Source: an uncultured Ignavibacteria bacterium
GTDB taxonomy: Bacteria > Zixibacteria > MSB-5A5 > CAIYYT01
Length of the DNA stretch: 64,000 bases
NCBI GenBank assembly: GCA_964584025.1
Contig: CAZOYE010000001.1
Span: 138,401 to 202,400 of the forward strand
Reading direction: 5' to 3'
Numbering within the stretch: the first letter of the stretch is position 1; the number at the start of each line of letters is the position of its first letter. The translations under genes were made by a program, and so were the position numbers. A model generated the notes under the pieces. The model was not told the DNA's origin, did no database searches, and saw only the letters and a program-made list of their open reading frames with translations. Below are positions 27,756-37,445 of this stretch, piece by piece.

Positions 27756-28733
27756 ATGAGCAACGGCGAAATCACCAGGTTCCTCAAGCACCACTATCGC
27801 CATTTTAATGCGGCGGCGATGATTGATGCCGCCAATGCCTACGTGCATCACCTCGAAACCGGCGGCAAGATGATGGTCGTGCTGGCCGGCGCCATGAGCA
27901 CTGCCGAGCTCGGCCTCTCTCTTGCCGAGATGATTCGCCGCGACAAAGTGCATATCATCAGTTGTACCGGCGCCAACCTCGAGGAAGACCTCTTCAATCT
28001 GGTCGCCCACGATCACTACGAACGCGTGCCGCACTATCGCGATCTGACGCCGCACGATGAACAGGCATTGCTCGACCGTCACCTCAATCGCGTGACCGAC
28101 ACCTGTATCCCGGAAGAGGAAGCCCTGCGCCGCTTGGAGAAGGTCCTGCTCGACGAATGGCTCAAGGCCGACAAGGCCGGTGAGCGCTATTTTCCGCACG
28201 AGTTTATGTACAAGATCATCCGCTCCGGCGCGCTCAAGAAACACTATCAGATCGATCCGAAAGATTCCTGGATGATCGCGGCCGCCGAGAAGAATCTCCC
28301 GATTATCGTCCCCGGCTGGGAAGACTCTACGATGGGCAATATCTATGCCGCGCACTGCATCGAGGGCGACATCAAGAACGTCCACACCGTCCGCACCGGT
28401 ATCGAGTATATGACAGATCTGGCGGAATGGTACACCGCCACCACGAAAAATTCGACGATCGGTTTCTTCCAGATCGGCGGCGGGATCGCCGGTGATTTTC
28501 CGATCTGCGTCGTGCCAATGCTCCACCAGGATCTGCAACGCACCAATGTCCCGGTTTGGGGTTACTTCTGCCAGATCAGCGACTCGACCACCAGCTACGG
28601 CTCTTATTCCGGCGCCGTCCCCAACGAGAAAATCACCTGGGGCAAACTCGGCATCGACACGCCGAAATACATCATCGAATCCGACGCTTCCATCGTCGCC
28701 CCGCTGATGTTCGCCATCGTGCTGGGGTGGTAA
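27756..28733 (+). CDS. Deoxyhypusine synthase-like protein (bacterial homologues are associated with homospermidine synthesis)
   Basis: ORF track. The sequence NAAAMIDAANAYVHHLETGGKMMVVLAGAMSTAELGLSLAEMIRRDKVHIISCTGANLEEDLFNLV...GGGIAGDFP is typical of the DS family. The 470-aa antisense ORF 27657..29069 is judged a shadow. Confidence 0.85.
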   Translation: MSNGEITRFLKHHYRHFNAAAMIDAANAYVHHLETGGKMMVVLAGAMSTAELGLSLAEMIRRDKVHIISCTGANLEEDLFNLVAHDHYERVPHYRDLTPHDEQALLDRHLNRVTDTCIPEEEALRRLEKVLLDEWLKADKAGERYFPHEFMYKIIRSGALKKHYQIDPKDSWMIAAAEKNLPIIVPGWEDSTMGNIYAAHCIEGDIKNVHTVRTGIEYMTDLAEWYTATTKNSTIGFFQIGGGIAGDFPICVVPMLHQDLQRTNVPVWGYFCQISDSTTSYGSYSGAVPNEKITWGKLGIDTPKYIIESDASIVAPLMFAIVLGW

Positions 28734-28821
28734 GCACAGCCTACTCGCGCAAGTTGGCAAGACGATTTGCTTCTCTGTTACTAAGATCATTCTACGAGGA
28801 ATAGATACGAGGTATAGAAAT

Positions 28822-28847
28822 GTCATTCCCGCGCAGGCGGGAATCCA
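28822..28847. repeat. REP-like palindromic unit (copy 2 of 3, inverted orientation)
   Basis: GTCATTCCCGCGCAGGCGGGAATCCAG is the reverse complement of the unit at 8799-8828 and 58649-58675. Confidence 0.6.
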
Positions 28848-29107
28848 GTGACTACCCTCGGCATCAATTTCACCGGAGTTGCGGCAGTTCTTGATTTCGC
28901 GCAATTCGCCGAAAATCCGTGATGTTTGCGGTCTCTGAGCGCGAAATTGTGAACTGCCGCCCTCACTTCGCTTCAGTGCCCCACCGCCTGCGAAGCGTCC
29001 CGACGCAGGAGGGATTGCGGTGGAATTGTCATTCCTTCCCCAAGCAAAAATCGCCGCCGATGTCTCCACCGACGGCGATCCGATGTCGAGTCTGTTGTCG
29101 TTAAACT

Positions 29108-29887
29108 CTAAAATACCGAAGCAAAATCAATCAGCTTCTCTTCGTCAATCAAGCTCACCGCCACGCATTCATGCGTTTCACACTCCCAGATAACATACTG
29201 GAATTTCGGACAGGAGCCGGCGAAGAGGGTCTTGCCATCGTGTTCAATGCGTTCGAAGTGCGACTTGTCGATCGTGTTCTTATCGAGCACAAATACCGAG
29301 ATGGCATCTCCCTTATAAGAGTAGTCGAGGTGCACCCGGTCATGATTATTGACATGGGCAATCGCCGCGCCCGCCAATTGGAACTGGCCGTCGGTCGCGG
29401 GAGCAAACAAATCGTCCGGCATCGCGCCGATGTGCTGCAGCGCCGCTTTGACCTCCGACGGATCGTGTGATTGCACGATGTACTGCATCACGTGATCGAG
29501 GCACTTGCTGTGCTCGTGCGCAAACGGATAGACCGCCTCAAGCACCGAGCCTTTCGATGAAAACGGATTGATCAAGATCAGCGCCACCAGCGCCGCCGCG
29601 GCAATCGGCAGAAACAAATACAGCACATTGCGGCTGCCCGCGGACGCCGCGCCACCCTGCTGGTCGATTTTGGCAATCTCCACCAGGATTCGCTTCTTCA
29701 ACTGGCTCGTCTCGCACGGCGAGTTGACTTTGCCGGCGATGACGCGATTGAATTGCTCTTCAAGATTGTATTTGTGGAGACAATCGCTGCAGTGTTCGAG
29801 ATGCTTTTGCAGGTCCTGACGGTCGGAGGCAGTCAGCTCTTCGTCAAGGTAGTCGTACAGCTTGGCTAATACTTCACGGCAATTCAC
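29108..29887 (-). CDS. Anti-sigma factor (zf-HC2 zinc finger, one TM helix, extracytoplasmic domain)
   Basis: ORF track. The N-terminus [44 protein letters not shown] carries the H-x3-C-x2-C motif. The TM helix is [18 protein letters not shown]. It overlaps the ECF sigma stop by 4 nt. Confidence 0.75.
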   Translation of the reverse strand: MNCREVLAKLYDYLDEELTASDRQDLQKHLEHCSDCLHKYNLEEQFNRVIAGKVNSPCETSQLKKRILVEIAKIDQQGGAASAGSRNVLYLFLPIAAAALVALILINPFSSKGSVLEAVYPFAHEHSKCLDHVMQYIVQSHDPSEVKAALQHIGAMPDDLFAPATDGQFQLAGAAIAHVNNHDRVHLDYSYKGDAISVFVLDKNTIDKSHFERIEHDGKTLFAGSCPKFQYVIWECETHECVAVSLIDEEKLIDFASVF

Positions 29888-30471
29888 TGTTCCGCTTGTT
29901 CCTTTGCACGATCCTTGTCATTCGCATACTCCCAGAGCAGCTTCTGCAGGATCTTGCGCCCGCGGTGAAGTCGCGACTTGACGGTTCCAACCTGAATTCC
30001 CATGATGTCTGCAATCTCCTGGTAGGCAAAACCCTCGTTAAAGGCCAGCACCACCACCATCCGGAATTCTTCCGGAAGTTTCTCGATCGCCGCGACCACG
30101 TCGCGGTCGATGATCTTGTTGAAAAAGTCCTTCTCGGGATCGCTGCTCTCGGCAACCAACCCCGGCAACTGCGTGTGCATCACGCTGTCGTCGATGTCAT
30201 CGAAGGAAACGCTGGTTGACTCTTTCTGTCTCGCCCGGTAGTTGTTGATAAACGTGTTGGTCATAATCTTGAACAACCACGCCTTGGCATTGGTGCCTTT
30301 CTCGAACCGGTCGAAACTGCGGTAAGCCTTTAACAACGTCTCCTGGACTAGGTCCTCCGCATCGGAAGCGTTCTTGGTCATCCGGAGCGCCGTCCGATAC
30401 AGCGCATCCGTATGCACCATCGCTTCTTGCTCGAATTCGCTTTTCAGGCTCTTGGCTTTGTTGCGAAACAT
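29884..30471 (-). CDS. ECF-type RNA polymerase sigma factor (sigma-70 regions 2 and 4)
   Basis: ORF track. Region 2 reads [40 protein letters not shown]. Region 4 reads [42 protein letters not shown]. Confidence 0.9.
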   Translation of the reverse strand: MFRNKAKSLKSEFEQEAMVHTDALYRTALRMTKNASDAEDLVQETLLKAYRSFDRFEKGTNAKAWLFKIMTNTFINNYRARQKESTSVSFDDIDDSVMHTQLPGLVAESSDPEKDFFNKIIDRDVVAAIEKLPEEFRMVVVLAFNEGFAYQEIADIMGIQVGTVKSRLHRGRKILQKLLWEYANDKDRAKEQAEQ

Positions 30472-30658
30472 GTTGTCGGTATCTAATGAACCAAGAGCCG
30501 TTTGTCAATAGGAACACCTGTCAGGCCTATCTGTTCCCGGTCGCCGCCCCCTTTTTTCGTGCCCTTTCTGTAGACTGAATCGGGCAATGTTATCCCCATC
30601 TCTCCGCCCCAGCCGCGATCCTGAAGCCGCTCCAATGTGAAACGGCAGCAACGGCGCC

Positions 30659-30687
30659 TTGACATAGGGGATTACGTGGTATATGTT
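30659..30687 (+). promoter_or_regulatory. Candidate sigma-70-type promoter for the secreted twin-domain protein
   Basis: I read TTGACA (30659-30664), a 17-nt spacer, then TATGTT (30682-30687), about 65 nt upstream of ATG 30754. This is a motif match only. Confidence 0.35.
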
Positions 30688-30753
30688 CAGACTGTCGAAT
30701 CATCGAATTTTGAGCACCGTACGCGACGTGAGCAGTCGTCTGGAGGGCTTGTT

Positions 30754-31857
30754 ATGCGATTCCCGTCCCTGGCATTATTGGCTGCGGTTCTTTTTGCCGT
30801 ATGCCCGGGCCGCCTGCCAGCGGAAGATTCCGGTTCAGAAGCGGCGGCCCGCAAGTGCGAGAGCGCCCATGAGGTCACTTTCTATCCCGGCATAATGGTT
30901 CTGCAAATCGAGGGACTGTCCACCTGCGGCCATATTGACGACTACAACGCTACCTGCCTCGGAAGCTATGACAATGGTGAAGATTACATGATCCGGCTTG
31001 AAGTGGAAGCGTTCATGTTCGCGATGATCGAATTGGACCCGCATGGGACGGCCTGGACCGGAATCGCCCTCGACGACGTCTGCCCCCCGGACGGCGACTG
31101 TTTGGCCATGAGCACCAAGACTTCCGGAGTGCCGCACTATACCCCGCCGGTTATGCTTGAACCCGGAGTCTACTACATCATCGTCGATACCTGGCCCACC
31201 CCCTATTGCATTCCTGAATTTGATGTCACCATCAGCGAGGTCTTCTATGACCCCTGGGGAGTTGACTGCGACCTCCCCATCGGTTTCGGAACCATTACCC
31301 CGGCCGTGCTCCCTTATACTGAAGGTCCGTTCTCGACCGCGGGTTCAGGTAACCAGTACACAGCCACCTGCCTGAGCGGCTACGATCTCGGTGAAGATCT
31401 GTTCTACTCTTTTGAGCTTACCAGTGCCCTGGGACTGAATTTCACTCTTGATCCCGGACAGGTTGCCGGCAGCGCCTTTCTGATCAGTTCTGACTGTCCC
31501 GTGGGCAGCAGCTGTATCGCTTCCGCAACCAGCAATCTCGCCGACCCGTTCGGAATCGAACAACTCGTGCTCCCTCCGGGAGAATACTATTTAATGATCG
31601 ATACCTGGTCGACCTCGACTCCGCTCACCAATGCCGTGCTTACTATCGAGTTCGCCTACCTCTGCGGCGATGCCGACGGCAGCCAGGTGATTAGCATCTC
31701 CGATGCGATCTACGTCATCGGCTACATCTTCGGAGGTGGACCTCCGCCGGTGCCGCTCCGGGCCGGTGATGCGGATACCAACGGCATCGTAAACATCTCC
31801 GATGCCATCTACTTGATCAACTACATCTTCGCCGGCGGTCCGCCCCCGTGCTCCTAA
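30754..31857 (+). CDS. Secreted protein with two PPC-like (pre-peptidase C-terminal-like) domains and C-terminal twin dockerin-like module
   Basis: ORF track 30637..31857, trimmed to ATG 30754 (MRFPSLALLAAVLFAVCPG, GGAGGG upstream). There are two roughly 130-aa internal repeats: YNATCLGSYDNGEDYMIRLEV...PGVYYIIVDTW, and YTATCLSGYDLGEDLFYSFELT...PGEYYLMIDTW. The tag follows. Confidence 0.75.
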   Translation: MRFPSLALLAAVLFAVCPGRLPAEDSGSEAAARKCESAHEVTFYPGIMVLQIEGLSTCGHIDDYNATCLGSYDNGEDYMIRLEVEAFMFAMIELDPHGTAWTGIALDDVCPPDGDCLAMSTKTSGVPHYTPPVMLEPGVYYIIVDTWPTPYCIPEFDVTISEVFYDPWGVDCDLPIGFGTITPAVLPYTEGPFSTAGSGNQYTATCLSGYDLGEDLFYSFELTSALGLNFTLDPGQVAGSAFLISSDCPVGSSCIASATSNLADPFGIEQLVLPPGEYYLMIDTWSTSTPLTNAVLTIEFAYLCGDADGSQVISISDAIYVIGYIFGGGPPPVPLRAGDADTNGIVNISDAIYLINYIFAGGPPPCS

Positions 31858-31890
31858 AAAAATGGCGCCGGAGTCAGTAACCCGGCGCCA
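31856..31890 (-). terminator. Rho-independent terminator of the kinase/NtrC-type operon (between convergent genes)
   Basis: The 9-bp stem tggcgccgg (31863-31871) / ccggcgcca (31882-31890) is followed on the minus strand by U7 (A-run 31856-31862). Confidence 0.55.
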
Positions 31891-31926
31891 GCGCACACCA
31901 CTTTTGAGGTATCGCGTCTCCTGCGA

Positions 31927-33288
31927 CTATTCCTTCACGATGTTGAACTTTTTCACCTTGCGCCACAGCGTTGTTCGCCCGATCCCGAGCTTGCCGGCTG
32001 TCACCGAGTAGTTCCAGCGGTTCTCGCGCAAGCTGCGCACGATATGCTCTTTCTGCATATCTTCGAGCGAGGTCGTGTCGCCGGGCATTCCCGGGCGATC
32101 GCCGCGCTCTTCCCGCTTCGGCATCGGCTTCATGAGGAAGAGATTCTCAACATCGATAATCTCACTGACCGAGAGCGCCACCGCGCGCTTGATCGTGTTT
32201 TCCAGTTCGCGGACGTTCCCCGGCCATTCGTGGCCCATCAATTTGTCGCCCGCCGCCTGGGAGAAGCGCTTCATGGCCTTGTTGAAATGCTCGCAGTACT
32301 TCGCCAGGAAGTGTTGCGCCAACGGCACGATGTCCTCGCGTCGCTCCGCCAATGACGGCAGATGCAGCGAGATCACGTTGAGCCGGTAATAGAGGTCTTC
32401 GCGGAACTTCCCGCGCGCCACCATCTGTTCGAGATTCTTGTTCGTCGCGGCAATCACGCGCACGTTCGTCTTGAATGTCTCGTTCGAGCCGACCGGCCGG
32501 ATTTCTTCTTCCTGAAGAACGCGCAACAGCTTGGCCTGCAGCGATGCCGAGGTATCGCCGACTTCATCGAGAAAGATCGTCCCGCCGCCGGCCTCTTCGA
32601 ACAGGCCCTTCTTGTTGGCTGTCGCCGAAGTGAATGCGCCTTTAACGTGTCCGAACAACTCTGATTCCAACAGCAGTTCCGGCATCGCCGAGCAATTGAT
32701 GGCGACGAACTTGCCCTCGCGCCGCGGAGAATTGTTGTGGATCGCCTTGGCAATCAGCTCCTTGCCCGTTCCCGAATCGCCGGTGATCAGCACGTTGATT
32801 TCCTGCGACGCCACCTGCTTGATCACGTCGATCACGCTCTTGATCGCTGGCGAGGAGCCGATGATCGCGTCAAAATTGTAGGTCTCCGCAAAGGCGAGTT
32901 TCAGGTGCTTCAACTCGCTCTTCATTTTTTTCTGCGAGAGTGCCTTTTCAACCGTCAACAGCATCTCGGCTTCATTGAACGGCTTGGTCATATAATCGAA
33001 CGCGCCGGAACGCATTGCCTCAACAGCGGTATCAACCGAGCCAAACCCGGTCAGCATGATCACCTCGGTCTCCGGCATGACGCGCTTGGCGGTGCGGATC
33101 ACGTCGATCCCGAGTCCGTCAACCAATCGCAGGTCGGTTATTACCAAATCGAAGAACTTCTTTTCGAGCCATTCCTGGGCGGTAGCGGCTGTAAACGCGC
33201 ATTCCACCGTATGTCCATGGCGCGCCAGGAGCAGTTTCAGCGCATTGCAGAGATTGCGATCGTCATCTACAATCAACAAGCTGGGCAT
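31927..33288 (-). CDS. Sigma-54-dependent response regulator (receiver + AAA+ sigma-54 activator + Fis-type HTH; NtrC family)
   Basis: ORF track. The receiver reads LLIVDDD...DLVITDLRL. The Walker A is VLITGDSGTGKE, the GAFTSA loop reads VKGAFTSATANKKGLFEEA, and other motifs are IFLDEVGD, RVIAATN and ELENTIKRAV. The C-terminal HTH reads AGKLGIGRTTLWRKVKKF. Confidence 0.9.
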   Translation of the reverse strand: MPSLLIVDDDRNLCNALKLLLARHGHTVECAFTAATAQEWLEKKFFDLVITDLRLVDGLGIDVIRTAKRVMPETEVIMLTGFGSVDTAVEAMRSGAFDYMTKPFNEAEMLLTVEKALSQKKMKSELKHLKLAFAETYNFDAIIGSSPAIKSVIDVIKQVASQEINVLITGDSGTGKELIAKAIHNNSPRREGKFVAINCSAMPELLLESELFGHVKGAFTSATANKKGLFEEAGGGTIFLDEVGDTSASLQAKLLRVLQEEEIRPVGSNETFKTNVRVIAATNKNLEQMVARGKFREDLYYRLNVISLHLPSLAERREDIVPLAQHFLAKYCEHFNKAMKRFSQAAGDKLMGHEWPGNVRELENTIKRAVALSVSEIIDVENLFLMKPMPKREERGDRPGMPGDTTSLEDMQKEHIVRSLRENRWNYSVTAGKLGIGRTTLWRKVKKFNIVKE

Positions 33289-33311
33289 GGGTCATTCCTT
33301 TCCAGAATCTA

Positions 33312-34448
33312 TCAACATTTATTCAACTCGTTGCCGAGGGGTATTGCGATCGTAAACTCCGCTTCGCCGTGCACGCAGCGATGGCGGATCGTGCCGCCGA
33401 GCAACCGCGCATAATGCTGCGCAATCGAGAGCCCCAGGCCGGCCCGGCTGGTCTTGGTCGTGAAAAACGGTTTGAACATGCTGTCCGACACGTAGGTCGG
33501 CAGATCGCCGCAGTCGTTGCGGAACGACATTTCGAAATAGTGGTCGCGATTCGCCACATGGATCACGAGGCGGTGCCGCGCGCTGGCTTCGAGACCGTTC
33601 TCCACAAGTTCGTTCAAGATGAAGGCATACAGCGTGCGGTCAGTTTCGATTGCCACTTCGCGCTCCAGACCTTCGATTTCGATCTGATTGCCGTTGATGG
33701 CGGCGTAACGCTGCAGGATCGAGCGCAGGATCGGCGCCACCTCGACGCGGGCCAAGCGCACCACCAGTGGACGCGACAAGAGCACGAAGCGGTCGATCAA
33801 ACGCCGCTGCGCTTCCGTCGCCGACTCGATGATTCCGAGCAACATCGCGGCATCGGCGCCGGCTTTGTCCGCCAGCATCTCGTTCAGCTGGCTTGCGGCC
33901 GTCACTGTCGCACCCAGGTTGTTGCGCAACTTGTGCACGAACGCCGATAGCAAATCGTCCGGAACACTGGTCGGTGCCAGGGCTGCACGGACAGCGCTGC
34001 CGCTGTCGGAGGTCGCTTCGGCAGCTTCGGCCTGAAAACGGTTGTTCAGGGAAGCGAGCAAGTCGCTGAGAGTGACGTGGACGGTATCAAGAATCGCCTC
34101 GCGCGCCGTCGTTGAAAGTTCCCCTAATGTCGGCGTCAGCACGAGGCGGCGCTCCTGGCCACGGCTCTCAAAATGGACATCGAGCAGCGAGCTCGCGTCA
34201 GCCTGTTCAGAGTCGGTCGCCGGAGTTTGCAGCTCGATCCCGGCGACACGCAGGAGCGCGCCGCAGCGGTGATCGATGGCCGTTGCTAACTCTGACTCGG
34301 ACAAATGTCGCGCCAGACCACTGATCAATTCGCTCCAGTCAAGTCGTTGCGAGTCTGAAGCAACTATGCGCTCTTCTGCCGACAACATTGTGTTCAAAGC
34401 GGTACATCCTGTTTCCGGTTGGGGTTTCATCCGTGAACCGAAGTTCAA
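33312..34448 (-). CDS. Cytoplasmic sensor histidine kinase (HisKA + HATPase_c, no TM segment seen)
   Basis: ORF track. The H-box is FVHKLRNNLGATV, the N-box is LNELVENGLEA, and the G-box is GLGLSIAQHYARLLGGTI. It lies 23 nt upstream of the NtrC-type regulator. Confidence 0.8.
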   Translation of the reverse strand: MNFGSRMKPQPETGCTALNTMLSAEERIVASDSQRLDWSELISGLARHLSESELATAIDHRCGALLRVAGIELQTPATDSEQADASSLLDVHFESRGQERRLVLTPTLGELSTTAREAILDTVHVTLSDLLASLNNRFQAEAAEATSDSGSAVRAALAPTSVPDDLLSAFVHKLRNNLGATVTAASQLNEMLADKAGADAAMLLGIIESATEAQRRLIDRFVLLSRPLVVRLARVEVAPILRSILQRYAAINGNQIEIEGLEREVAIETDRTLYAFILNELVENGLEASARHRLVIHVANRDHYFEMSFRNDCGDLPTYVSDSMFKPFFTTKTSRAGLGLSIAQHYARLLGGTIRHRCVHGEAEFTIAIPLGNELNKC

Positions 34449-34577
34449 TATTTTTCATATCGGAACAGGCTGACAAACCTTGAGGGACAAAAGGCGGAAA
34501 ATCTTTTCGAGTGACGGCGGTCGACTTCTGAGTTGAGATGGTGCAGACTGAAACGGTCATCGGGAGGTGGCTGCCCC

Positions 34578-34617
34578 AAAAAAGAAGCGCGGTGATCTGT
34601 GTGATCACCGCGCTTCT
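34578..34617 (-). terminator. Strong rho-independent terminator after the ppiD-like gene
   Basis: The 15-bp perfect stem agaagcgcggtgatc (34583-34597) / gatcaccgcgcttct (34603-34617) is followed on the minus strand by UUUUUU. Confidence 0.7.
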
Positions 34618-34640
34618 AACTCCTGCTCTTGCGCTGGAAC

Positions 34641-36461
34641 CTACATGGTCTCGCCGAAAATCACCTTGCGGTTATCCTCGATGTCGGCCTTGTTGATCAG
34701 TTCCGTAAACCACTTGTCCCAGAAAGCGCTTTGTGCTGTCTGCAACGCCTTGGTCCGCAGCGTATCGCGCTCGGCGGCGAAGCCGTCGAGGCTGGCGGCC
34801 GTGCGTTCCTTGAACTCGATCACGGCGGCGCCATTATTCGTCAGCACCGGCTGCGAAAACCGCTTGCCTTCCGAGAGCGAAAACGCCGTACCGATCAAAG
34901 TCGCGTCATTACCCATTCCCGGCAACCGCCCGCTGCGGGCAAAGAACCCAGACTCGACGACCTCATGCCCCGCAGCCTTAGCGGCATCAGCCAGCGAACT
35001 GCCCGCCATGACGGAACTGTGGATGCGCTGCGCGACTGCCAAGGTCAATTGCCGCTGCCGCTTGTCGATCAGTTTGCGGGTAATGATCGGGTAGACGTCT
35101 TCGAAGGCTGCCAAACCCGCCGGTTTCAGCCGGTCCTTGCGCACGAGATAGAATGCTTCGCTACGATCGATCAGTTCCGAGAACGAGCCGTCGGAGGCTT
35201 CGAACAGGAACTTCTCCAACATCGCGTCCTTGCCGAAACTGCCGATCGGTTGGTCGCGGCCAACCTTGCGCTGAGTCTCCTGCGTGATTCCGAGTTCCTT
35301 CGCCAGGGTCTCGGCGTTCGTAGCGTTTCCTTCAGACTTCAGCCGCATCATCTTTGCTTCGAGCGACTGCACCGTGCCTTCCGACATCTCGGGGCGGAAC
35401 AGGATATGCGAGGCTTCCACCTCCTCCAATTCATTGGTCTTGCGCTGGCCTGTGCGGTAGATGATATGGTAGCCAAATCGCGTCTTCACCGGCACCGAGA
35501 TATCGCCGTCGCTCATCGCAAATGCCGCCGAGTCGAACTCGCGCACCATCGCGCCACGGGCGAAATATCCCAGCGCGCCGCCCTTGCCCTTGCCCGAAGG
35601 ATCTTCCGTGTACTCATTGGCCAGCGTCGCGAAATCGCCCCCTTCGTCGAGCAGCTTCTTCACCTGGTTCGCCTTCTCGAGCGCGACGGCGAAATCCTCC
35701 GTCGAGGCTTCCTTGCTCAAGCGAAACTGGGTGTAGTAGACCTGCTCGGCTTCACGAAACTCGTCCGGGTTATCGTTATAGTAGCTGCGCACTTCGTTCG
35801 AGTCGATCTCGTTCGCGCCCACGGGGAACTTGGAATATGGCACCAGCGCGTAATCGACGCGGATTCTCTCGTTGTCGCGCAAGTACTGCTCCTGCAGTTC
35901 GCCGTCCGAAACGCGCACCATCGAGGTGACATATTCCTGCAGCTTGAATGTCGTCAGCCGGGGTCTGACCAGGGCTTCCACCTGCCGCCACAACTCGGCG
36001 TACTGCGGGTCGCCCATCGCCGAAAGATACTTGTTGTAGTCGAATTGGCCGTTCGTCTGGAAGACCTCGATCTGCTGCACTTCCTGCGGCGGGAAGCGGC
36101 GGATGAAATCGACCACTTCAGCGTCGGTCAGTGTAATACCCAGCTTTTCGATCTGGTCCTGTTGCAGGTAGCTGTTGACGAACTCGTTCCAGGCCTGGCG
36201 GCGCGCATTGCGATAATCAGACTCGGTAAAGTCCTTGTCCGGCGTCCGCTGCCGCTCCTGGTCGATAAACTGCTCGGCGAGCGCCCCGAAGTTCTGCAAC
36301 GGTATTTCGCGGCCGTTAACCTTGCCGACCACGTTTGTGGCCATGCCGCCGGCATTGCCGCCGCCGATATCCATACCCCAGGCGAAGATGATTGTGCCCA
36401 CAAACGCAATCACCAGTATCCAGATGATGATCTGCGTGTTATCCCGTAAGACTTGCATCAT
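34641..36461 (-). CDS. ppiD: Membrane-anchored periplasmic chaperone / parvulin-type peptidyl-prolyl isomerase (PpiD/SurA-like)
   Basis: ORF track. The N-terminal anchor is IIIWILVIAFVGTIIFAWG. It has a SurA_N-like helical region and a parvulin core, EASHILF...GGALGYFARGAMVREFDSAAFAMSDGDISVPVKTRFGYHIIY. The equal-length + ORF 34629..36449 is its antisense shadow. Confidence 0.8.
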   Translation of the reverse strand: MMQVLRDNTQIIIWILVIAFVGTIIFAWGMDIGGGNAGGMATNVVGKVNGREIPLQNFGALAEQFIDQERQRTPDKDFTESDYRNARRQAWNEFVNSYLQQDQIEKLGITLTDAEVVDFIRRFPPQEVQQIEVFQTNGQFDYNKYLSAMGDPQYAELWRQVEALVRPRLTTFKLQEYVTSMVRVSDGELQEQYLRDNERIRVDYALVPYSKFPVGANEIDSNEVRSYYNDNPDEFREAEQVYYTQFRLSKEASTEDFAVALEKANQVKKLLDEGGDFATLANEYTEDPSGKGKGGALGYFARGAMVREFDSAAFAMSDGDISVPVKTRFGYHIIYRTGQRKTNELEEVEASHILFRPEMSEGTVQSLEAKMMRLKSEGNATNAETLAKELGITQETQRKVGRDQPIGSFGKDAMLEKFLFEASDGSFSELIDRSEAFYLVRKDRLKPAGLAAFEDVYPIITRKLIDKRQRQLTLAVAQRIHSSVMAGSSLADAAKAAGHEVVESGFFARSGRLPGMGNDATLIGTAFSLSEGKRFSQPVLTNNGAAVIEFKERTAASLDGFAAERDTLRTKALQTAQSAFWDKWFTELINKADIEDNRKVIFGETM

Positions 36462-36827
36462 GGCGTAGCTATTCCTCCGTACATAATACTACCAAAACTT
36501 ATAGAATATATCATCGGCACCCGTTCCGACAAGTGGAATCTTGGCTGGTTATTACCCCCGCGGCCGCTCTCATTATGTCCCACCTGTCAGGTCCCAAAGC
36601 GCAATCGCTGTAGGAATCACCCTGTCCAGTAAGCGGTTACACCAATCCAGCCGGCATCGTGACCGCCGAGCACGATCATTGTACAACTATTTCCACCTTT
36701 GCGACCAAGCAGTTGGCGGTACTCGCATTCGGATTCCGCGCACACCTCCTGGGCCTCCCCCAGTTTTTTTCTTGACCAAATCGCGCCAAAGTCCGTATCG
36801 TGATTCAGATTAAGTCGTGGGAGGGTC

Positions 36828-37439
36828 ATGGAGTATTCTGCCCGAAAAGGCAAGGTCTCTATGCAGGGGGAGCAGTCTGCCTCTGAAATTGAGACCACAG
36901 AAGTGGCCTCTGGCGACACCAAGATCGGGCATGACTTCGCGCGTCAGGCAGCCATTTTGATCGACGCCGGCGAATTGGATGTCGCCTACGACCTGCTTCA
37001 AGCGGGGATTCGGCAATACCCCAATTACGCCAACGGGCTTCAGGTGCTCGGTGACCTCTATATTCGGCGGGGCAAGTCGGTATCGGCCACCTTTGCGTAC
37101 TTGGAGGCGCTGAAGCGCGATGCCGACAACCCGCTGACGCTGGTGAAACTCGGCGATCTGTTTCGACACGCCGGTCAATTGGCTGAAGCGCTGAAGTACT
37201 ATCTGCAGGCTGCCCAGTTGGAACCTGGTTCCCCCGGCGTAACGGCGCGTCTGGAGGAACTGGGGCGGTATCAGGAGTCGGTCGATCGGCCCGAACACGA
37301 GATTCTCTGGACGGAAACTGCAGCCGACCTTTATGCCCAACAGGGGTATAAAGACAAAGCGCGCGCAATCTACGCTCGCCTGCTGCAGGACTCCCCGGGC
37401 AATCCCCGGCTCTACGAAAAACTGAAACTGTGTGGTTAG
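36828..37439 (+). CDS. TPR-repeat protein
   Basis: ORF track; GGGAGG lies upstream. TPR pairs include YANGLQVLGDLYIRRGKSVSATFAYLEALKRDADNPLTLVKLGDLFRHAGQLAEALKYYLQAAQLEP. Confidence 0.7.
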   Translation: MEYSARKGKVSMQGEQSASEIETTEVASGDTKIGHDFARQAAILIDAGELDVAYDLLQAGIRQYPNYANGLQVLGDLYIRRGKSVSATFAYLEALKRDADNPLTLVKLGDLFRHAGQLAEALKYYLQAAQLEPGSPGVTARLEELGRYQESVDRPEHEILWTETAADLYAQQGYKDKARAIYARLLQDSPGNPRLYEKLKLCG

Positions 37440-37445
37440 GAGCTT

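Noticed and set aside
27657-29069. A 470-aa minus-strand ORF runs antisense to the whole deoxyhypusine-synthase-like gene.
   Set aside because: It has no motifs and a composition typical of a shadow frame. The + strand gene is strongly supported. The ORF's 5' part also runs through intergenic REP-like sequence.
34629-36449. Two mirror-image 606-aa ORFs cover the same 1.8 kb on opposite strands (34629..36449 + and 34641..36461 -).
   Set aside because: Only the minus-strand product has recognisable features: a membrane anchor, a parvulin core (FGYHIIY) and a proper terminator. The plus-strand product is the Arg/Leu/His-rich, motif-free sequence typical of an antisense shadow ORF in GC-rich DNA.
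36617-36829. A possible 70-aa minus-strand ORF (MTLPRLNLNHDTDFGAIWSRKKLGEAQEVCAESECEY...GWIGVTAYWTG) lies in the ppiD/TPR divergent gap.
   Set aside because: There is no Shine-Dalgarno sequence. Its ATG is complementary to the RBS and start region of the TPR gene, and it has no family motif. It is more likely promoter or leader DNA.
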